A stretch of 60,710 bases of DNA from an uncultured Bacilli bacterium (GTDB lineage Bacteria; Bacillota_I; Bacilli_A; RF39; UBA660). Below the pieces are notes generated by a model. The model was given only the letters and a program-made list of their open reading frames with translations. It was not told the DNA's origin and did not search any database. The number at the start of each line of letters is the position of its first letter. Positions within the stretch are counted from its first letter, which is position 1. Positions 20,169-31,293 of this stretch are shown in pieces. The stretch is from assembly GCA_910577075.1 (NCBI GenBank), contig CAJTKV010000002.1:20455-81164 (forward strand), read 5' to 3'. The position numbers and the translations under genes were made by a program.

Positions 20169-21056
20169 ATGGAACGATTTTTAGCAGTTAAGAAAGCAAG
20201 CATCTTAGGAATAATTGGCAACATTTTCTTGCTCATTATCAAAACTATTGTCGCATTTTTGACTAATTCCCAAGCTATGATGAGTGATGCCTTAAATAGT
20301 ACGGGTGATATTATTTCCTCATTTATGACATATGTTGGCAATAAAATTGCCTCCAAGGGGCCTGACGAAGATCATAATCTTGGACATGGAAAAGCGGAAT
20401 ATATCTTTTCTATGCTTATAAGTTTAACCATGATCGTTTTGTCAATTAAGATGATTTATTCATCAATCAAATCTTTATTTGTTTCATATTCCTATCATTT
20501 TTCGGCATATTTAATCATTGTCTGTGTAGTAACTATAATTATAAAAGTGTTACTTTTTTGTTATACAAACTCCTTAGCTAAAAAGTATGATAATTTACTT
20601 ATAAAAGCCAATTCCTATGATCATCGCAATGATTGTATTTTAACTTCACTTAATCTAATTGCTGCCATTATTGGGCAATTTGGGATAACCTACATTGATG
20701 GGGTAGTTGGTTTGATTTTATCATTGTGGATTACAATCACGGGAGTTCGCATATTTAAAGAAAGTTATGATGTTTTAATGGATAAAGGCTTAGATGAAGA
20801 GACGAAAAAGCAAATAGATGAGATAATTAAAAAATATCCCGAAATAACTAAGACTAATCATTTTAATTCAACCCCTATTGGTTATCAATATCAGATATCT
20901 CTAACTATATTTGTCGATGGCAATCTAAGCACCTTTGAAAGTCATGAGATAGCTAACGCTTTGGAAAAAGAGATAACCAAGTTAGATGAAGTTTATTTAG
21001 CTGTAATTCATGTAAATCCAATACAAATAAAGAAGAAAAAAAGAAAGAGAAAATAA
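20169..21056 (+). CDS. Cation diffusion facilitator (CDF) family transporter
   Basis: Six TM segments, 'SQAMMSDALNSTGD', 'HNLGHGKAEY', 'SYDHRNDC', and a C-terminal cytoplasmic domain. Confidence 0.85.
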   Translation: MERFLAVKKASILGIIGNIFLLIIKTIVAFLTNSQAMMSDALNSTGDIISSFMTYVGNKIASKGPDEDHNLGHGKAEYIFSMLISLTMIVLSIKMIYSSIKSLFVSYSYHFSAYLIIVCVVTIIIKVLLFCYTNSLAKKYDNLLIKANSYDHRNDCILTSLNLIAAIIGQFGITYIDGVVGLILSLWITITGVRIFKESYDVLMDKGLDEETKKQIDEIIKKYPEITKTNHFNSTPIGYQYQISLTIFVDGNLSTFESHEIANALEKEITKLDEVYLAVIHVNPIQIKKKKRKRK

Positions 21057-21105
21057 TTATTTCCATAATTATTTTTTTTTGATATTATATAGATAGGTGG
21101 TTAGT

Positions 21106-22059
21106 ATGAAAAAAACAAAGTTATCAATTGTCATTCCTTGTCATAATGAGGCCTCAAACATTGAACCATTGTATAAGGAAATATATGATACTTTTAAAAC
21201 GCGCAATGAAAAAATAGAATTAGTATTTATAAATGATGGTTCCAAAGATACGACATTAAAGGAATTAAAGAATATACTAACTAAAAAGGACTTTGAAATA
21301 AAAGTTATCAGTTTTACTCGCAATTTTGGCAAGGACGCGGCCATGTATGCCGGACTCGAAAATGCCACAGGCGATTTAGTATGCATTATCGATGCCGATT
21401 TACAGCAACGTCCTAGCTTAATAGTTCCTATGATAGAAAAATTAGAGGAAAGTGAAGAATACGACAGTGTATGTTATTATCAGGAAAATCGCATTGAAAG
21501 CCACTTTGTAACTTGGCTTAAAAGCTCCTTTTATAAAGTTATGTCCAAAATCAGTGATATCGAATTTGTCGATGGAGCAAGTGATTTTCGCTTATTTAGA
21601 AGACAGGTCGTAGATTCTATTCTATCATTAAAAGAATCCAATAGATTCTCAAAGGGCATCTTCAGTTGGGTAGGTTATAATACTTGTTATTTGCCATATA
21701 CACCAGAATCCCGCCGCTATGGAAAAAGTAGTTATAGTATGGGAAAACTTATAGTGTATGCTTTATCGGGTATTATCTCTTTTTCCACATTGCCATTATC
21801 TATCGCTACAGTTGGCGGTGTAGTATCTGCCGCAATATGTTTGTTATATATACTAATCGTAATATTTCAAAAAGTATTCTTAACAATTGATGTTCCTGGC
21901 TATCCCACGTTATTAGTTACTATTCTTTTAATAGGCAGTTTAATCTTATGTTGCCTAGGAATTATCGGTGAATATGTCGCTCGCATTTATCTAGAGACTA
22001 AAAAAAGACCACTATATGTGGAAAAAGAAATCTTAACTAACAAAAAAGAGACAAAATAA
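21106..22059 (+). CDS. GT2 glycosyltransferase, GtrB/CsbB-like polyprenol-phosphate glycosyltransferase
   Basis: 'LSIVIPCHNE', 'FINDGSKD', 'IIDADLQ', plus two C-terminal TM helices and 'GEYVARIY'. Confidence 0.8.
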   Translation: MKKTKLSIVIPCHNEASNIEPLYKEIYDTFKTRNEKIELVFINDGSKDTTLKELKNILTKKDFEIKVISFTRNFGKDAAMYAGLENATGDLVCIIDADLQQRPSLIVPMIEKLEESEEYDSVCYYQENRIESHFVTWLKSSFYKVMSKISDIEFVDGASDFRLFRRQVVDSILSLKESNRFSKGIFSWVGYNTCYLPYTPESRRYGKSSYSMGKLIVYALSGIISFSTLPLSIATVGGVVSAAICLLYILIVIFQKVFLTIDVPGYPTLLVTILLIGSLILCCLGIIGEYVARIYLETKKRPLYVEKEILTNKKETK

Positions 22060-22067
22060 AACTTTTC

Positions 22068-23057
22068 CTAAGGAAAAGTTTTTTCATTTACTAATTTATT
22101 GGATAACACCATATCTACACCACTATGAAAATAATTATTAGCTGTTTTCTCATTATCTACAGTAAATATAAAAGTGAATATTTCATTCTTTTTCGCTAAT
22201 TTTACCATCTCTTCATCATAACTTCCATTAGCCATAATTAGTGAAGTAATCTTATTTTTCTTACAATAATTAACTATTTTTTGATAGCTGTCTAAATCTT
22301 TTGGTAAATCTTTTGGATCGCGATAGGAAAAAGTTATCAGCTCGAAATTAAAGATGCTCTTAGCTGTTTCAATAACTTTTGTATTATATCCCCATATGAC
22401 AAATCTATTTAAAATTTTCTTATCATAATTGGCGGCTTTAACAAGCGTTTGCAATCCCTTTTTAGTGACCTCTACTTTAGAACCTTGCTTTAAGTTTAAA
22501 ATAAAATAACAATAGGGATTCTTTTTCATATAATTAATTAAATCTTTTATCGTCATTGAAGTAAATTGACCAGATATTTTCGTGTTTTTAAATGCTCTAG
22601 TACTCATTGGAGTAACTTCTCCGGGATATTCCTTTTTTAAGATACTCTGATATCCAAAGGCATCCCAACTGTGAATGAGAACTAAATCCCCATCACTTGA
22701 AAAGTTCAAATCTATTTCAAATATTCTATTTCCATCTTGGTAGTTTTTATCAATTGCCTCAAAGGAATTAGTATAATAAGTCTTATTAATACTTCCCCCA
22801 GCATGCATAACATATTTTTGGCTTTTGACATAGTATTTAAATATTTCTAAGTTATTTTTACCCTTTAAAACTTCCGCCTCGGTTGGAATAGTTACATCAT
22901 TAGGTTTGGCAAATACCACATTGGGGTTTGCTCCTTGTGAATTAAATAATTTATAATCAAAAACATTTTCATAGTAAAAATAGTCAACTGCTTGAAACAG
23001 AATGGCTATGAACAACAAAAACAAAACAATATTTCTTTGCACAACTTCTTTTTTCAT
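22068..23057 (-). CDS. Membrane-anchored glycerophosphodiester phosphodiesterase (GDPD)-like protein
   Basis: N-terminal TM. 'VMHAGG', 'FEAID' and 'IFEIDLNFSSDGDLVLIHSWD' resemble the GDPD 'HRG..EN..E.D...DG..V..HD' pattern. Confidence 0.55.
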   Translation of the reverse strand: MKKEVVQRNIVLFLLFIAILFQAVDYFYYENVFDYKLFNSQGANPNVVFAKPNDVTIPTEAEVLKGKNNLEIFKYYVKSQKYVMHAGGSINKTYYTNSFEAIDKNYQDGNRIFEIDLNFSSDGDLVLIHSWDAFGYQSILKKEYPGEVTPMSTRAFKNTKISGQFTSMTIKDLINYMKKNPYCYFILNLKQGSKVEVTKKGLQTLVKAANYDKKILNRFVIWGYNTKVIETAKSIFNFELITFSYRDPKDLPKDLDSYQKIVNYCKKNKITSLIMANGSYDEEMVKLAKKNEIFTFIFTVDNEKTANNYFHSGVDMVLSNKLVNEKTFP

Positions 23058-23193
23058 ACGGTTTATAATAACACATATTGGAAGAAAAATAAAGTCAGAT
23101 ACCAACAAACAGTAGCATTTGACTTAAATTTACCAGTTACTTTTATTGCTTATGGGACTTTATATTGTTATAATGTTATTATGGAGTGATGAT

Positions 23194-24306
23194 ATGACAA
23201 CTTTGCTAGCAATTTACAAAGTCATTCTTAAAATTGTTTATTTTTTCTTTAAAATGTTTAAGACAAGGAAAAATCGCATAATATTTTTAAGTAGACAAGA
23301 TAACAAACCATCAATAGATTTTATCTATTTGATTGACGATATAAACAAAAGATATCCAGAGTATGAAATAAAAATCTTAACTAGACGCCTAGAAAAAAAT
23401 AATCCTAAGCAGATTATCCGCTCTTTATTTGATCCCTTTATTCAATCTTTTTATCTAGCAACATCGAGTATATGTATTATCGATGGCTACCAAATTCCCG
23501 TATCTTGTTTGCATCACAAATCAGACTTAAAGATAATTCAAATATGGCATTCTTTAGGAGCAATAAAAATGTTTGGCTACCAAACTTTAAATACTAAATA
23601 TGATCAAAAAATGGCTGAGTTAATGTGTATGCATAAAAATTATAATGCCATCATATCTCCCTCTTCCGAGATGAGTAAATATTTTGCGAAAGCTTTTAAT
23701 AATCCAATCGAAAAATTTGTAAATATTGGTTTACCGCGCATAGATTATCTATTAAAAACTGCTAAGCAAAATCGCGACACGGTTTATAAAAGATATCCTA
23801 AGTTAAAAAATAAGAAAGTTATTTTATATGCTCCAACATTTAGGGTATATGATGAATATAAAATTGCTGAATTAATTGAAGAATTTAAAAATTCAACCAA
23901 GTGGGAACTAATAGTAAAAATACATCCTCGTATGAAAGTTCATGTTTCTAAAAAATATACCTATGATAAAGTATCCTCGCTAGAGGCTTTAAGTGTAGCA
24001 GATTATGTCATAACTGACTATTCAGCAATCTCTCTAGAGGCATCTATTTTAAACAAGCCTGTTGTACTGTACACTTATGATGAGGAAAAATATCGTGAAT
24101 ACGAAGGAATAAATACGGATTTAGATAGGGATTTGCCAGGTTACAATTTTAAAGATGCTAAATCCTTGGCAAAATTTATAAAAAGCAATAAATATGATAA
24201 AAAGATATTGAAAGACTACTGTGATAAATATATTAGATATAAAGATGGTTCAGTAACAAGGAGGTTAACTGATTACATCATTGGAGGTAAGTATGAAGAA
24301 AATTAG
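23194..24306 (+). CDS. CDP-glycerol glycerophosphotransferase (TagB/TagF family)
   Basis: 'IQIWHSLGAIKMFG', 'ILYAPTFR' and 'ITDYSAISLEASILNKPVVLYTYD'. RBS 'ggagtga' precedes the ATG at 23194. Confidence 0.8.
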   Translation: MTTLLAIYKVILKIVYFFFKMFKTRKNRIIFLSRQDNKPSIDFIYLIDDINKRYPEYEIKILTRRLEKNNPKQIIRSLFDPFIQSFYLATSSICIIDGYQIPVSCLHHKSDLKIIQIWHSLGAIKMFGYQTLNTKYDQKMAELMCMHKNYNAIISPSSEMSKYFAKAFNNPIEKFVNIGLPRIDYLLKTAKQNRDTVYKRYPKLKNKKVILYAPTFRVYDEYKIAELIEEFKNSTKWELIVKIHPRMKVHVSKKYTYDKVSSLEALSVADYVITDYSAISLEASILNKPVVLYTYDEEKYREYEGINTDLDRDLPGYNFKDAKSLAKFIKSNKYDKKILKDYCDKYIRYKDGSVTRRLTDYIIGGKYEEN

Positions 24307-25540
24307 AGTATTATTAATCAATCTATCAAAGAAGAGTTCCTTCTTTAGGGCCTTATTAAGAAAGTGTGTGTTTATTAAAAATAGACTTCTCTACATGTTA
24401 TATTATTTTAAACCCGTTGATGAAAAAAGAGTGCTATTCGAGTCCTTTATGGGACGTAAATATGTCGATAGTCCCAAAGCCATATATGAATATATGATAA
24501 AGAATAAGGAATATAAAGATTACGAATTTGTTTGGTTTTTCAAAAATCCTGATAAATATAAATTTCTAGAGAAAAATAAAAATACTAAGGTATATCGTTA
24601 TGGTTCCAAGGAGTACTACAGACTCTATGCTACTAGCAAATATTGGTTCACGAATTCTCGTGTTCCCGATACAATTTTAAAAAAGAAGGAACAAATTTAT
24701 GTTCAATGTTGGCATGGTACACCACTTAAACGCCTAGGTTTCGATATTGAAGTAAAAGGTGGAAATGCGATGAATTCCATTAAAGATATCCGCTACAAAT
24801 ACGAAGTTGATTCCAAAAAATATACTTATATGGTATCTCCATCAAAATTTTGTACTGAAAAATTTATTTCAGCTTTTAATCTAAAAAATGTTGGTAAAGA
24901 AGATATTATTATCGAAAAAGGATATCCTCGTAATGACTTTTTAATAAATTACAAAGAAAGTGATGTTAAAAGAATAAAAAAAGAATTAGGTTTACCTAAG
25001 GATAAAAAAATTATTCTTTATGCTCCAACCTGGCGTGATAATCAACATACATCAGGCGTAGGATATACATATAAAACCGAAGTGGATTTTGATTATTTGC
25101 GTCAAAAATTAGGAGATGAATATATCATTCTTTTCCGTGCCCATTATTTTGTTGCCAATTCTTTTGATTTTGCCAAATATGAGGGATTTGTCTATAATGT
25201 CTCCGATTATGACGATATTAATGAACTTTATATTGTTGGAGATATCTTGATAACTGATTATTCAAGCGTCTTCTTCGACTATTCAATATTAAAAAGACCA
25301 ATGTTATTCTATATGTATGATTTAGATGAGTATCAACATGAATTGCGTGATTTTTACTTTGATATCGAAGAACTACCTGGTCCGATTGTTAAGACTGAGG
25401 ATGAACTTATCAAAGCTATTGAAAAGTCAAAAAAATTTAAATATGACAAAAAATATAAAGCCTTCAATGACAAATATACCTATCTTGATGATGGCAAAGC
25501 TTCAAAGAGGGTTGTAGAAGAAATTATCAAAAAGGATTAG
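24293..25540 (+). CDS. CDP-glycerol glycerophosphotransferase (TagF family)
   Basis: 'VQCWHGTPLKRLG', 'ILYAPTWRD' and 'ITDYSSVFFDYSILKRPMLFYMYD'. RBS 'ggaggt'. Overlaps the upstream gene by 14 nt. Confidence 0.85.
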   Translation: MKKIRVLLINLSKKSSFFRALLRKCVFIKNRLLYMLYYFKPVDEKRVLFESFMGRKYVDSPKAIYEYMIKNKEYKDYEFVWFFKNPDKYKFLEKNKNTKVYRYGSKEYYRLYATSKYWFTNSRVPDTILKKKEQIYVQCWHGTPLKRLGFDIEVKGGNAMNSIKDIRYKYEVDSKKYTYMVSPSKFCTEKFISAFNLKNVGKEDIIIEKGYPRNDFLINYKESDVKRIKKELGLPKDKKIILYAPTWRDNQHTSGVGYTYKTEVDFDYLRQKLGDEYIILFRAHYFVANSFDFAKYEGFVYNVSDYDDINELYIVGDILITDYSSVFFDYSILKRPMLFYMYDLDEYQHELRDFYFDIEELPGPIVKTEDELIKAIEKSKKFKYDKKYKAFNDKYTYLDDGKASKRVVEEIIKKD

Positions 25541-25643
25541 AAAACTAATCTTTTTTTGCGGGTTATTTTGGCAACTTTCTTGATAATACTGTCACAAATT
25601 GTTATAATTAAGTTAATAAAAAATCTTAGAGAGTAGGAAGTAT

Positions 25644-26591
25644 ATGAAACCAATAGTATCTGTAATTGTACCAGTTTATAATGGAGAAAGAACCATTAAA
25701 AAATGTCTTGATAGTATTTTAGCGCAAACACTAAAGGAGATCGAAGTTATTGTTATTAACGATAATAGTACTGATTCAACCCTCGAAATCCTAAAAAGTT
25801 ATAAGAAGAAGATTGTCTTAATTGACAATAAAGAAAACATGGGGCCAGCTGGTTCACGAAATAAGGGATTAGAAAAAGCCAAGGGTAAATATGTCGGATT
25901 TGTCGATGCTGATGATTATATCAGTGAGCATATGTATAAGACTATGCTTGATAATATGAGTGATGATACAGATTTGGTATGTTGTTCAAGATATAACGTC
26001 AAAGGTACTAATATAAAACCCATTATTAATGAGTCAAAAACTACCAATATTAAAGAGTTTAGTAAGACTAGTAGTTACACTTGGGATAAATTATATCGAA
26101 AAAGTATCATCGATGAAAATAATATTTACTTTCCTGAAAGATATTCTTACGCTGAAGACTTTTGCTTTTTAATGAAATATAAGTTTTATAGCAATAAAAT
26201 GGTTATCTTAGACGAACCTCTTTACTACTACAAATATGATAGTTTTGGATCAATTACCAATAGTTATGATGAGAAAATATATGATATCATCGATGCTCTA
26301 AGTGATACTGTTAAGTTCTTTCAATCAAAAGAAGCATTTGAAGATAATTATTATGAGTTATTACTCATAAGTGCTGGATTCTATGTTCGAAGAATTAAGG
26401 AATTCAGTAGATTCACCAACTATAAATTAAAGAAGGAATTTGTTCGTCGCTTCATAAGTTATTTTAAGAATTACTTCCCTGATTATAAAAGGGTTGTTAA
26501 TACTTTTGGAACAGATAGAAATGTCTTTTACCGCAGCAATTATCACTTAATGCTAATGTACATCAAATATAAAGAAAAGAGGCTGAAGTAA
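25644..26591 (+). CDS. GT2 family glycosyltransferase
   Basis: 'VSVIVPVYNGE', 'VINDNSTD', 'GPAGSRNKG' and 'VGFVDADD'. Confidence 0.85.
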   Translation: MKPIVSVIVPVYNGERTIKKCLDSILAQTLKEIEVIVINDNSTDSTLEILKSYKKKIVLIDNKENMGPAGSRNKGLEKAKGKYVGFVDADDYISEHMYKTMLDNMSDDTDLVCCSRYNVKGTNIKPIINESKTTNIKEFSKTSSYTWDKLYRKSIIDENNIYFPERYSYAEDFCFLMKYKFYSNKMVILDEPLYYYKYDSFGSITNSYDEKIYDIIDALSDTVKFFQSKEAFEDNYYELLLISAGFYVRRIKEFSRFTNYKLKKEFVRRFISYFKNYFPDYKRVVNTFGTDRNVFYRSNYHLMLMYIKYKEKRLK

Positions 26592-29242
26592 TGAGTAAAA
26601 AAAAGTTCAAATTTTCTGTTATAATACCGGTATATAATGTAGAAGAATTTTTAACAGAAACAATAGAAAGTGTTATAAATCAAACAATTGGTTTTAAAGA
26701 AAATGTTCAATTAATTTTAGTAAATGACGGATCCCCTGACAACTCTGAAATTATCTGCTTAGAATATAGAGAAAAATATCCTAATAATGTTGTTTATATT
26801 AAACAGGAGAATTCTGGCGTTTCCGCAGCAAGGAATAAAGGTATGGAGTACGTTGAAGGAGAGTTCGTTAATTTTCTGGACAGCGATGACAAATGGAGCA
26901 AAGACGCTTTTAAAGAAGTATACTTAAATTATAAAAAAAATAAGGATGTTAAATTATTTAGTTGTAGAATGATTTTTTTTGATGCTAAAAAGGGAAGACA
27001 TCCTCTCAATTATAAATACACAAAAAATAAGATAATTAATATAATTAATGAATATGAATACCCACAATTAAGTTCAAGTTCCATTTTTATACATTACAGT
27101 GCTTTAAAAAATCATAAATATGATTCAAACATAAAATATTCTGAAGATAATAAATTTATCAATGAAATTATACTTGAAAAAGGGAAATACATGGTATTAA
27201 ATAAACCAACATATTACTATAGACGACGTCAAAAAAATAATTCGGCTATTCAAGAACAATCACAAAAGAAGGATTGGTACACTGTAACACCAATAAAAGT
27301 ATATAAATATCTTTATGATTTATCTATTAAAAAATATGGACGGGTAATTGAATACATTCAATATCTAATAATGTACGAGATAAACTGGCGATTATCTATT
27401 AGTGTTCCAAGTTTTTTATCTAAATCTGAAGAAAAAAAATATATAAAGGTTTTAAAAGATTTATTAACTAATATTAATGATGAAATAATTTTGTCACTGA
27501 GGAATGCAGACTTAGCAAAAAAATCCTATGTACTTGGTTTAAAAAGTGGCGAAAATTATGTTGAAAAAATTGAGTATGACGGAAAATATGCTAAAATAGA
27601 TGATTTTACCGTAAACTTCAATAATTTAGGATACTTAATAATTGATAATGTAAGTATCAGAAAAAATACTGTTTTTTTATATGGAAAATTAGATACAAAA
27701 TTTGTTTCTAAAGCGGATTTTAGTGTTTTACTAAATGATAAAAAAATAAAGCCAAAGTTTTATAATCTAACTAACAACTATGATGAAAAATTATTTACAG
27801 GAGATGAATTACATCAATATGTTGGGATATCTTTAAAATTAAGTATAAAAGCTGATTTTAAACTTACCTTTTATTTTAAGGATTTTGTGTTAACTCCAAG
27901 ATTTAAAAGAAGTAGTATTTTTTTTGAAAAAATGCCAAATAGTTTTAGGAAATATAATAATAGACTTATATGTTATAAAAAGAAGTATAAAAGTATAATT
28001 TGTTCAAAAGATAGTATTTTAAAAAGATTTTATTATGAATTTAAAAATTGTCTTTTCCTTCTTAGGTATAAAAAGATTAAATTAGTTTTAATTCGCCTTA
28101 TGATAAGTATTTATAACATATTCAAACATCAGAGCATTATGCTAATATCAGACAGAGTTAATAAAGCTGACGATAATGGTGAACATTTCTTTAAATTTAT
28201 GTTAGAGAATCATCGAGAATATAAATGTTACTATATCTTATCAAAAGATAGCGTTGATTATGAAAAAATGTGCAAAATAGGACCGGTATTGGATAATACA
28301 TCTATTAAGTATAAAATACTTTTTCAGTTATGTGATTATGTTGTATCATCTCATGCAGAAGATTACATTTTTAATGTTCTAGGGAAAAACAATAAATATG
28401 TTCAAGATAAATACAAATTTAAATACATATTTTTACAACACGGTATTATCAAGGATGATTTAAGTCCTTGGTTAAATGTTAATACCAAAAAAATGGACAT
28501 GTTTGTAACTTCATGCAGACCAGAATATCAATCATTATTAGATTGTAATTATTATTATGGTAAAGATATTGTTAAAATGACAGGTTTACCAAGATATGAT
28601 TCGTTACTAAATAAACAAAAAAATACTCAAATAAAAAAGCAAATTCTTTTATCTTGCACCTGGAGAAATTCTCTTGCTAATAAGGTAGATAGGAAAACGG
28701 GAAAAAGACTATATAACGAAAAATTTAAAGAATCCAATTACTTCAAATTTTTAAATTCTCTCATAAATGATAAAAAACTTCTTAAAGCGCTAGAGAAAAA
28801 CAACTATAAAATACGATTTTGCCCACATCCAAATGTTTTAACTCAACTAGAAGATTTTGACGAAAATGAATTTGTAGAAATTGAAAGAAATAATATTAAT
28901 TATCAAAAAGAATTTTGCGAAAATGCTTTGTTAATAACAGATTATTCCAGCGTTTTCTTTGACTTCTGTTATTTAAAAAAACCTGTTGTATATCTACAAC
29001 ATGATCGTAAGGAGTTCTTTGAAGGACAACTATACGATGAAGGTTATTTTGATTATAAAAAAATGGGCTTCGGACCTGTATGTTCAACTTTAGATAGTGC
29101 TGTTAAAGCAATTATTGATTATATTGAAAACGGATGTGAGATGCAAGAAAAGTATTTAAAACGTGTGGAAAATTTCTATTCGTTTCATGATGATAGAAAT
29201 TGTGAAAGAGTATTTAAAGAAATTACAAATTTAGATAAGTAG
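26591..29242 (+). CDS. Bifunctional GT2 glycosyltransferase / CDP-glycerol glycerophosphotransferase (TagF/TarL-like) fusion
   Basis: N-terminal 'FSVIIPVYNVE', 'VNDGSPDNS', 'GVSAARNKG' and 'FLDSDDKW'. C-terminal 'FLQHGIIKDD', 'SCTWRN' and 'ITDYSSVFFDFCYLKKPVVYLQHD'. TAATG overlap with the upstream gene. Confidence 0.85.
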   Translation: MSKKKFKFSVIIPVYNVEEFLTETIESVINQTIGFKENVQLILVNDGSPDNSEIICLEYREKYPNNVVYIKQENSGVSAARNKGMEYVEGEFVNFLDSDDKWSKDAFKEVYLNYKKNKDVKLFSCRMIFFDAKKGRHPLNYKYTKNKIINIINEYEYPQLSSSSIFIHYSALKNHKYDSNIKYSEDNKFINEIILEKGKYMVLNKPTYYYRRRQKNNSAIQEQSQKKDWYTVTPIKVYKYLYDLSIKKYGRVIEYIQYLIMYEINWRLSISVPSFLSKSEEKKYIKVLKDLLTNINDEIILSLRNADLAKKSYVLGLKSGENYVEKIEYDGKYAKIDDFTVNFNNLGYLIIDNVSIRKNTVFLYGKLDTKFVSKADFSVLLNDKKIKPKFYNLTNNYDEKLFTGDELHQYVGISLKLSIKADFKLTFYFKDFVLTPRFKRSSIFFEKMPNSFRKYNNRLICYKKKYKSIICSKDSILKRFYYEFKNCLFLLRYKKIKLVLIRLMISIYNIFKHQSIMLISDRVNKADDNGEHFFKFMLENHREYKCYYILSKDSVDYEKMCKIGPVLDNTSIKYKILFQLCDYVVSSHAEDYIFNVLGKNNKYVQDKYKFKYIFLQHGIIKDDLSPWLNVNTKKMDMFVTSCRPEYQSLLDCNYYYGKDIVKMTGLPRYDSLLNKQKNTQIKKQILLSCTWRNSLANKVDRKTGKRLYNEKFKESNYFKFLNSLINDKKLLKALEKNNYKIRFCPHPNVLTQLEDFDENEFVEIERNNINYQKEFCENALLITDYSSVFFDFCYLKKPVVYLQHDRKEFFEGQLYDEGYFDYKKMGFGPVCSTLDSAVKAIIDYIENGCEMQEKYLKRVENFYSFHDDRNCERVFKEITNLDK

Positions 29243-29251
29243 GAGGATAAA

Positions 29252-30295
29252 GTGAATATATACTTACTATTAATAATATTATTAATTTTTATTGGCTCAA
29301 AAGTTTTTATTAAAGATTTTAATGTCAATTATATGAGTAAAGATACAACATCTTCTATTAAGGGAATATTTATATTAGTTGTATTTTATAGCCATTTGGT
29401 TTCCTATACCATAGTCAATAAGAGTAAAGACTTTTTAATGTTTAAACTAAAAAAATATTTAGGACAATTGATGGTAACTATGTTTTTATTCTACTCAGGA
29501 TATGGGGTTTACGAATCTATTAAAAAAAATAAAAGCAAATATATAAAATCAATTCCTAAAAAAAGAGTATTAATAACTTTGTTTAATTTTATGGTGGCGG
29601 TTCTTATGTTTGAGATTATAAATCCACTTATTGGAAGGTCCCTACCACTAAGAAATAATCTTTTATCTTTTATTGGGTGGGAATCTGTCGGCAATAGTAA
29701 TTGGTATATCTTTGGCATTTTGTTTATGTACCTAATAACTTACTTTTCTTTTGTTTTTTTTGAAAAAGAAGACAAAAAAGCCATTTTATCAACATGGATA
29801 TTTGTAATAATATTTTGCTTGTTTATGGCGTTATATAAAGATGATTATTGGTACAATACTCTATTTTGTTATCCATTAGGTCTAACATATTCGTTTTATA
29901 AAGAAAAAATAGAAAAATTAATGCTTAAAAATAAAAAATATTTTATAGGATTAATAGCAACTGCTATAGCATTTATAGTTTTATATAAGTATAAAAGCGT
30001 AAATTGGGTATATTATCAATTTTTAAGTATGATATTTTGTCTTCTTATCGTTTTTATTACAATGAAATTTAATATCAATAACAAAATACTAAAATGGTTA
30101 GGCGATAATCTTTTTTGGATGTATATTCTGCAAAGAATACCTATGTTAGTGTTTAGGTATTTAGGCTTAGCAAACAATGAATATAGTTATGCTGCTGCGT
30201 GCCTTATAGTGACTATTATTTTATCATTTGTTTTTTCAAATATTATCAAAAAAGTTGATGAAAAGATTTTGTCATTAATTAATCACACATCATAA
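29252..30295 (+). CDS. Acyltransferase_3 family membrane O-acyltransferase
   Basis: GTG start after 'aggagg'. About 10 TM helices. N-terminal 'IKGIFILVVFYSHL' is typical of the family. Confidence 0.7.
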   Translation: MNIYLLLIILLIFIGSKVFIKDFNVNYMSKDTTSSIKGIFILVVFYSHLVSYTIVNKSKDFLMFKLKKYLGQLMVTMFLFYSGYGVYESIKKNKSKYIKSIPKKRVLITLFNFMVAVLMFEIINPLIGRSLPLRNNLLSFIGWESVGNSNWYIFGILFMYLITYFSFVFFEKEDKKAILSTWIFVIIFCLFMALYKDDYWYNTLFCYPLGLTYSFYKEKIEKLMLKNKKYFIGLIATAIAFIVLYKYKSVNWVYYQFLSMIFCLLIVFITMKFNINNKILKWLGDNLFWMYILQRIPMLVFRYLGLANNEYSYAAACLIVTIILSFVFSNIIKKVDEKILSLINHTS

Positions 30296-30415
30296 GAATT
30301 GAGAAAATTCAAATGTAATATAAAAAATATTATCATAAACAAAAATAAGGGAACCCCCTTATTTTTCTTATGCTTAATAAAATATTATTTAGATTACAAA
30401 TTGGAATAAATGGTA

Positions 30416-31293
30416 TTAGTTAGATTTTTTAAATATACCAAATAATCTTTTTTTATTCTCCACTGGAGCTGCAATAAAAAAGCGATTTTTGCTTTCATTA
30501 TTTGCTAAATTATTCTTTATCCAATCAAGTTTAGTTTTATTTGTAATATTAGGGGCAAGTTCTAATTCCATTGTTTCAAAAGATATTTTTTCCTCTTCAA
30601 TATTTTCATAAATAAAATCGTTTTGATCAAAATATTTATGCAATTTAACATCAACATCTTGATAATTCTTCGTTGATTCTTTGGTAAAGAAAACATTTCT
30701 TGATATCATACGAACAGGGTTCCCTGCAAAACTAGTATTAGAGCATAGATTCTTGTTTGCAACTACTGAAGATGCGCCAATAATAGCACCAGAACCAATC
30801 TTACTTCCCTTCAATATAGCACAGTTAAATCCTATCCAACAATGATCTCCTATATATATGCTTTTCGCAGCATTTATTACGGCATGAGTTTGTGTGTCAA
30901 ATATTGCATGACCATCAGAAACTCTAATATGTATGTTAAAAGAAAACATACCATTATTTCCAATAATAATATTTTTTTGATCAGAAGCAGTTAGATGAAT
31001 AATACCATTAAAATAATTCTCTTTTCCAATATATAGCACAGAATTGTTATTAACAGCGGCATCTAAATAATATATCTGTTTGCTTCTTGATAGATAATTG
31101 AATCGCTTCCGTTAAAAATAATCGTTGAGTTCTCCATTTGAACTCCATCTTCAATATATAAAATATTATTTTTTCCTTTAAATATAATTTTCGAATTAGT
31201 CATTTTAGGAACTTTACCTTCAAAAGTATTGTTTTCAATATTCTTAAATTCTTTACTAGTTGTTATAATCTCTTCCATCAATCTCACCCTCAT
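30416..31293 (-). pseudogene. Left-handed beta-helix (hexapeptide-repeat) acetyltransferase, disrupted by a frameshift
   Basis: The 76-aa ORF 31063..31293 ends '...IIYQEANRYII*'. The 207-aa ORF frame stays open upstream as 'KQIYYLDAAVNNNSVLYIGKEN'. Both carry hexapeptide-like turns ('IGDHCWIGFNCAILKGSKIGSGAIIGASSVV'), so a 1-nt shift in the A/T run near 31040-31075 would join them. Confidence 0.7.
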
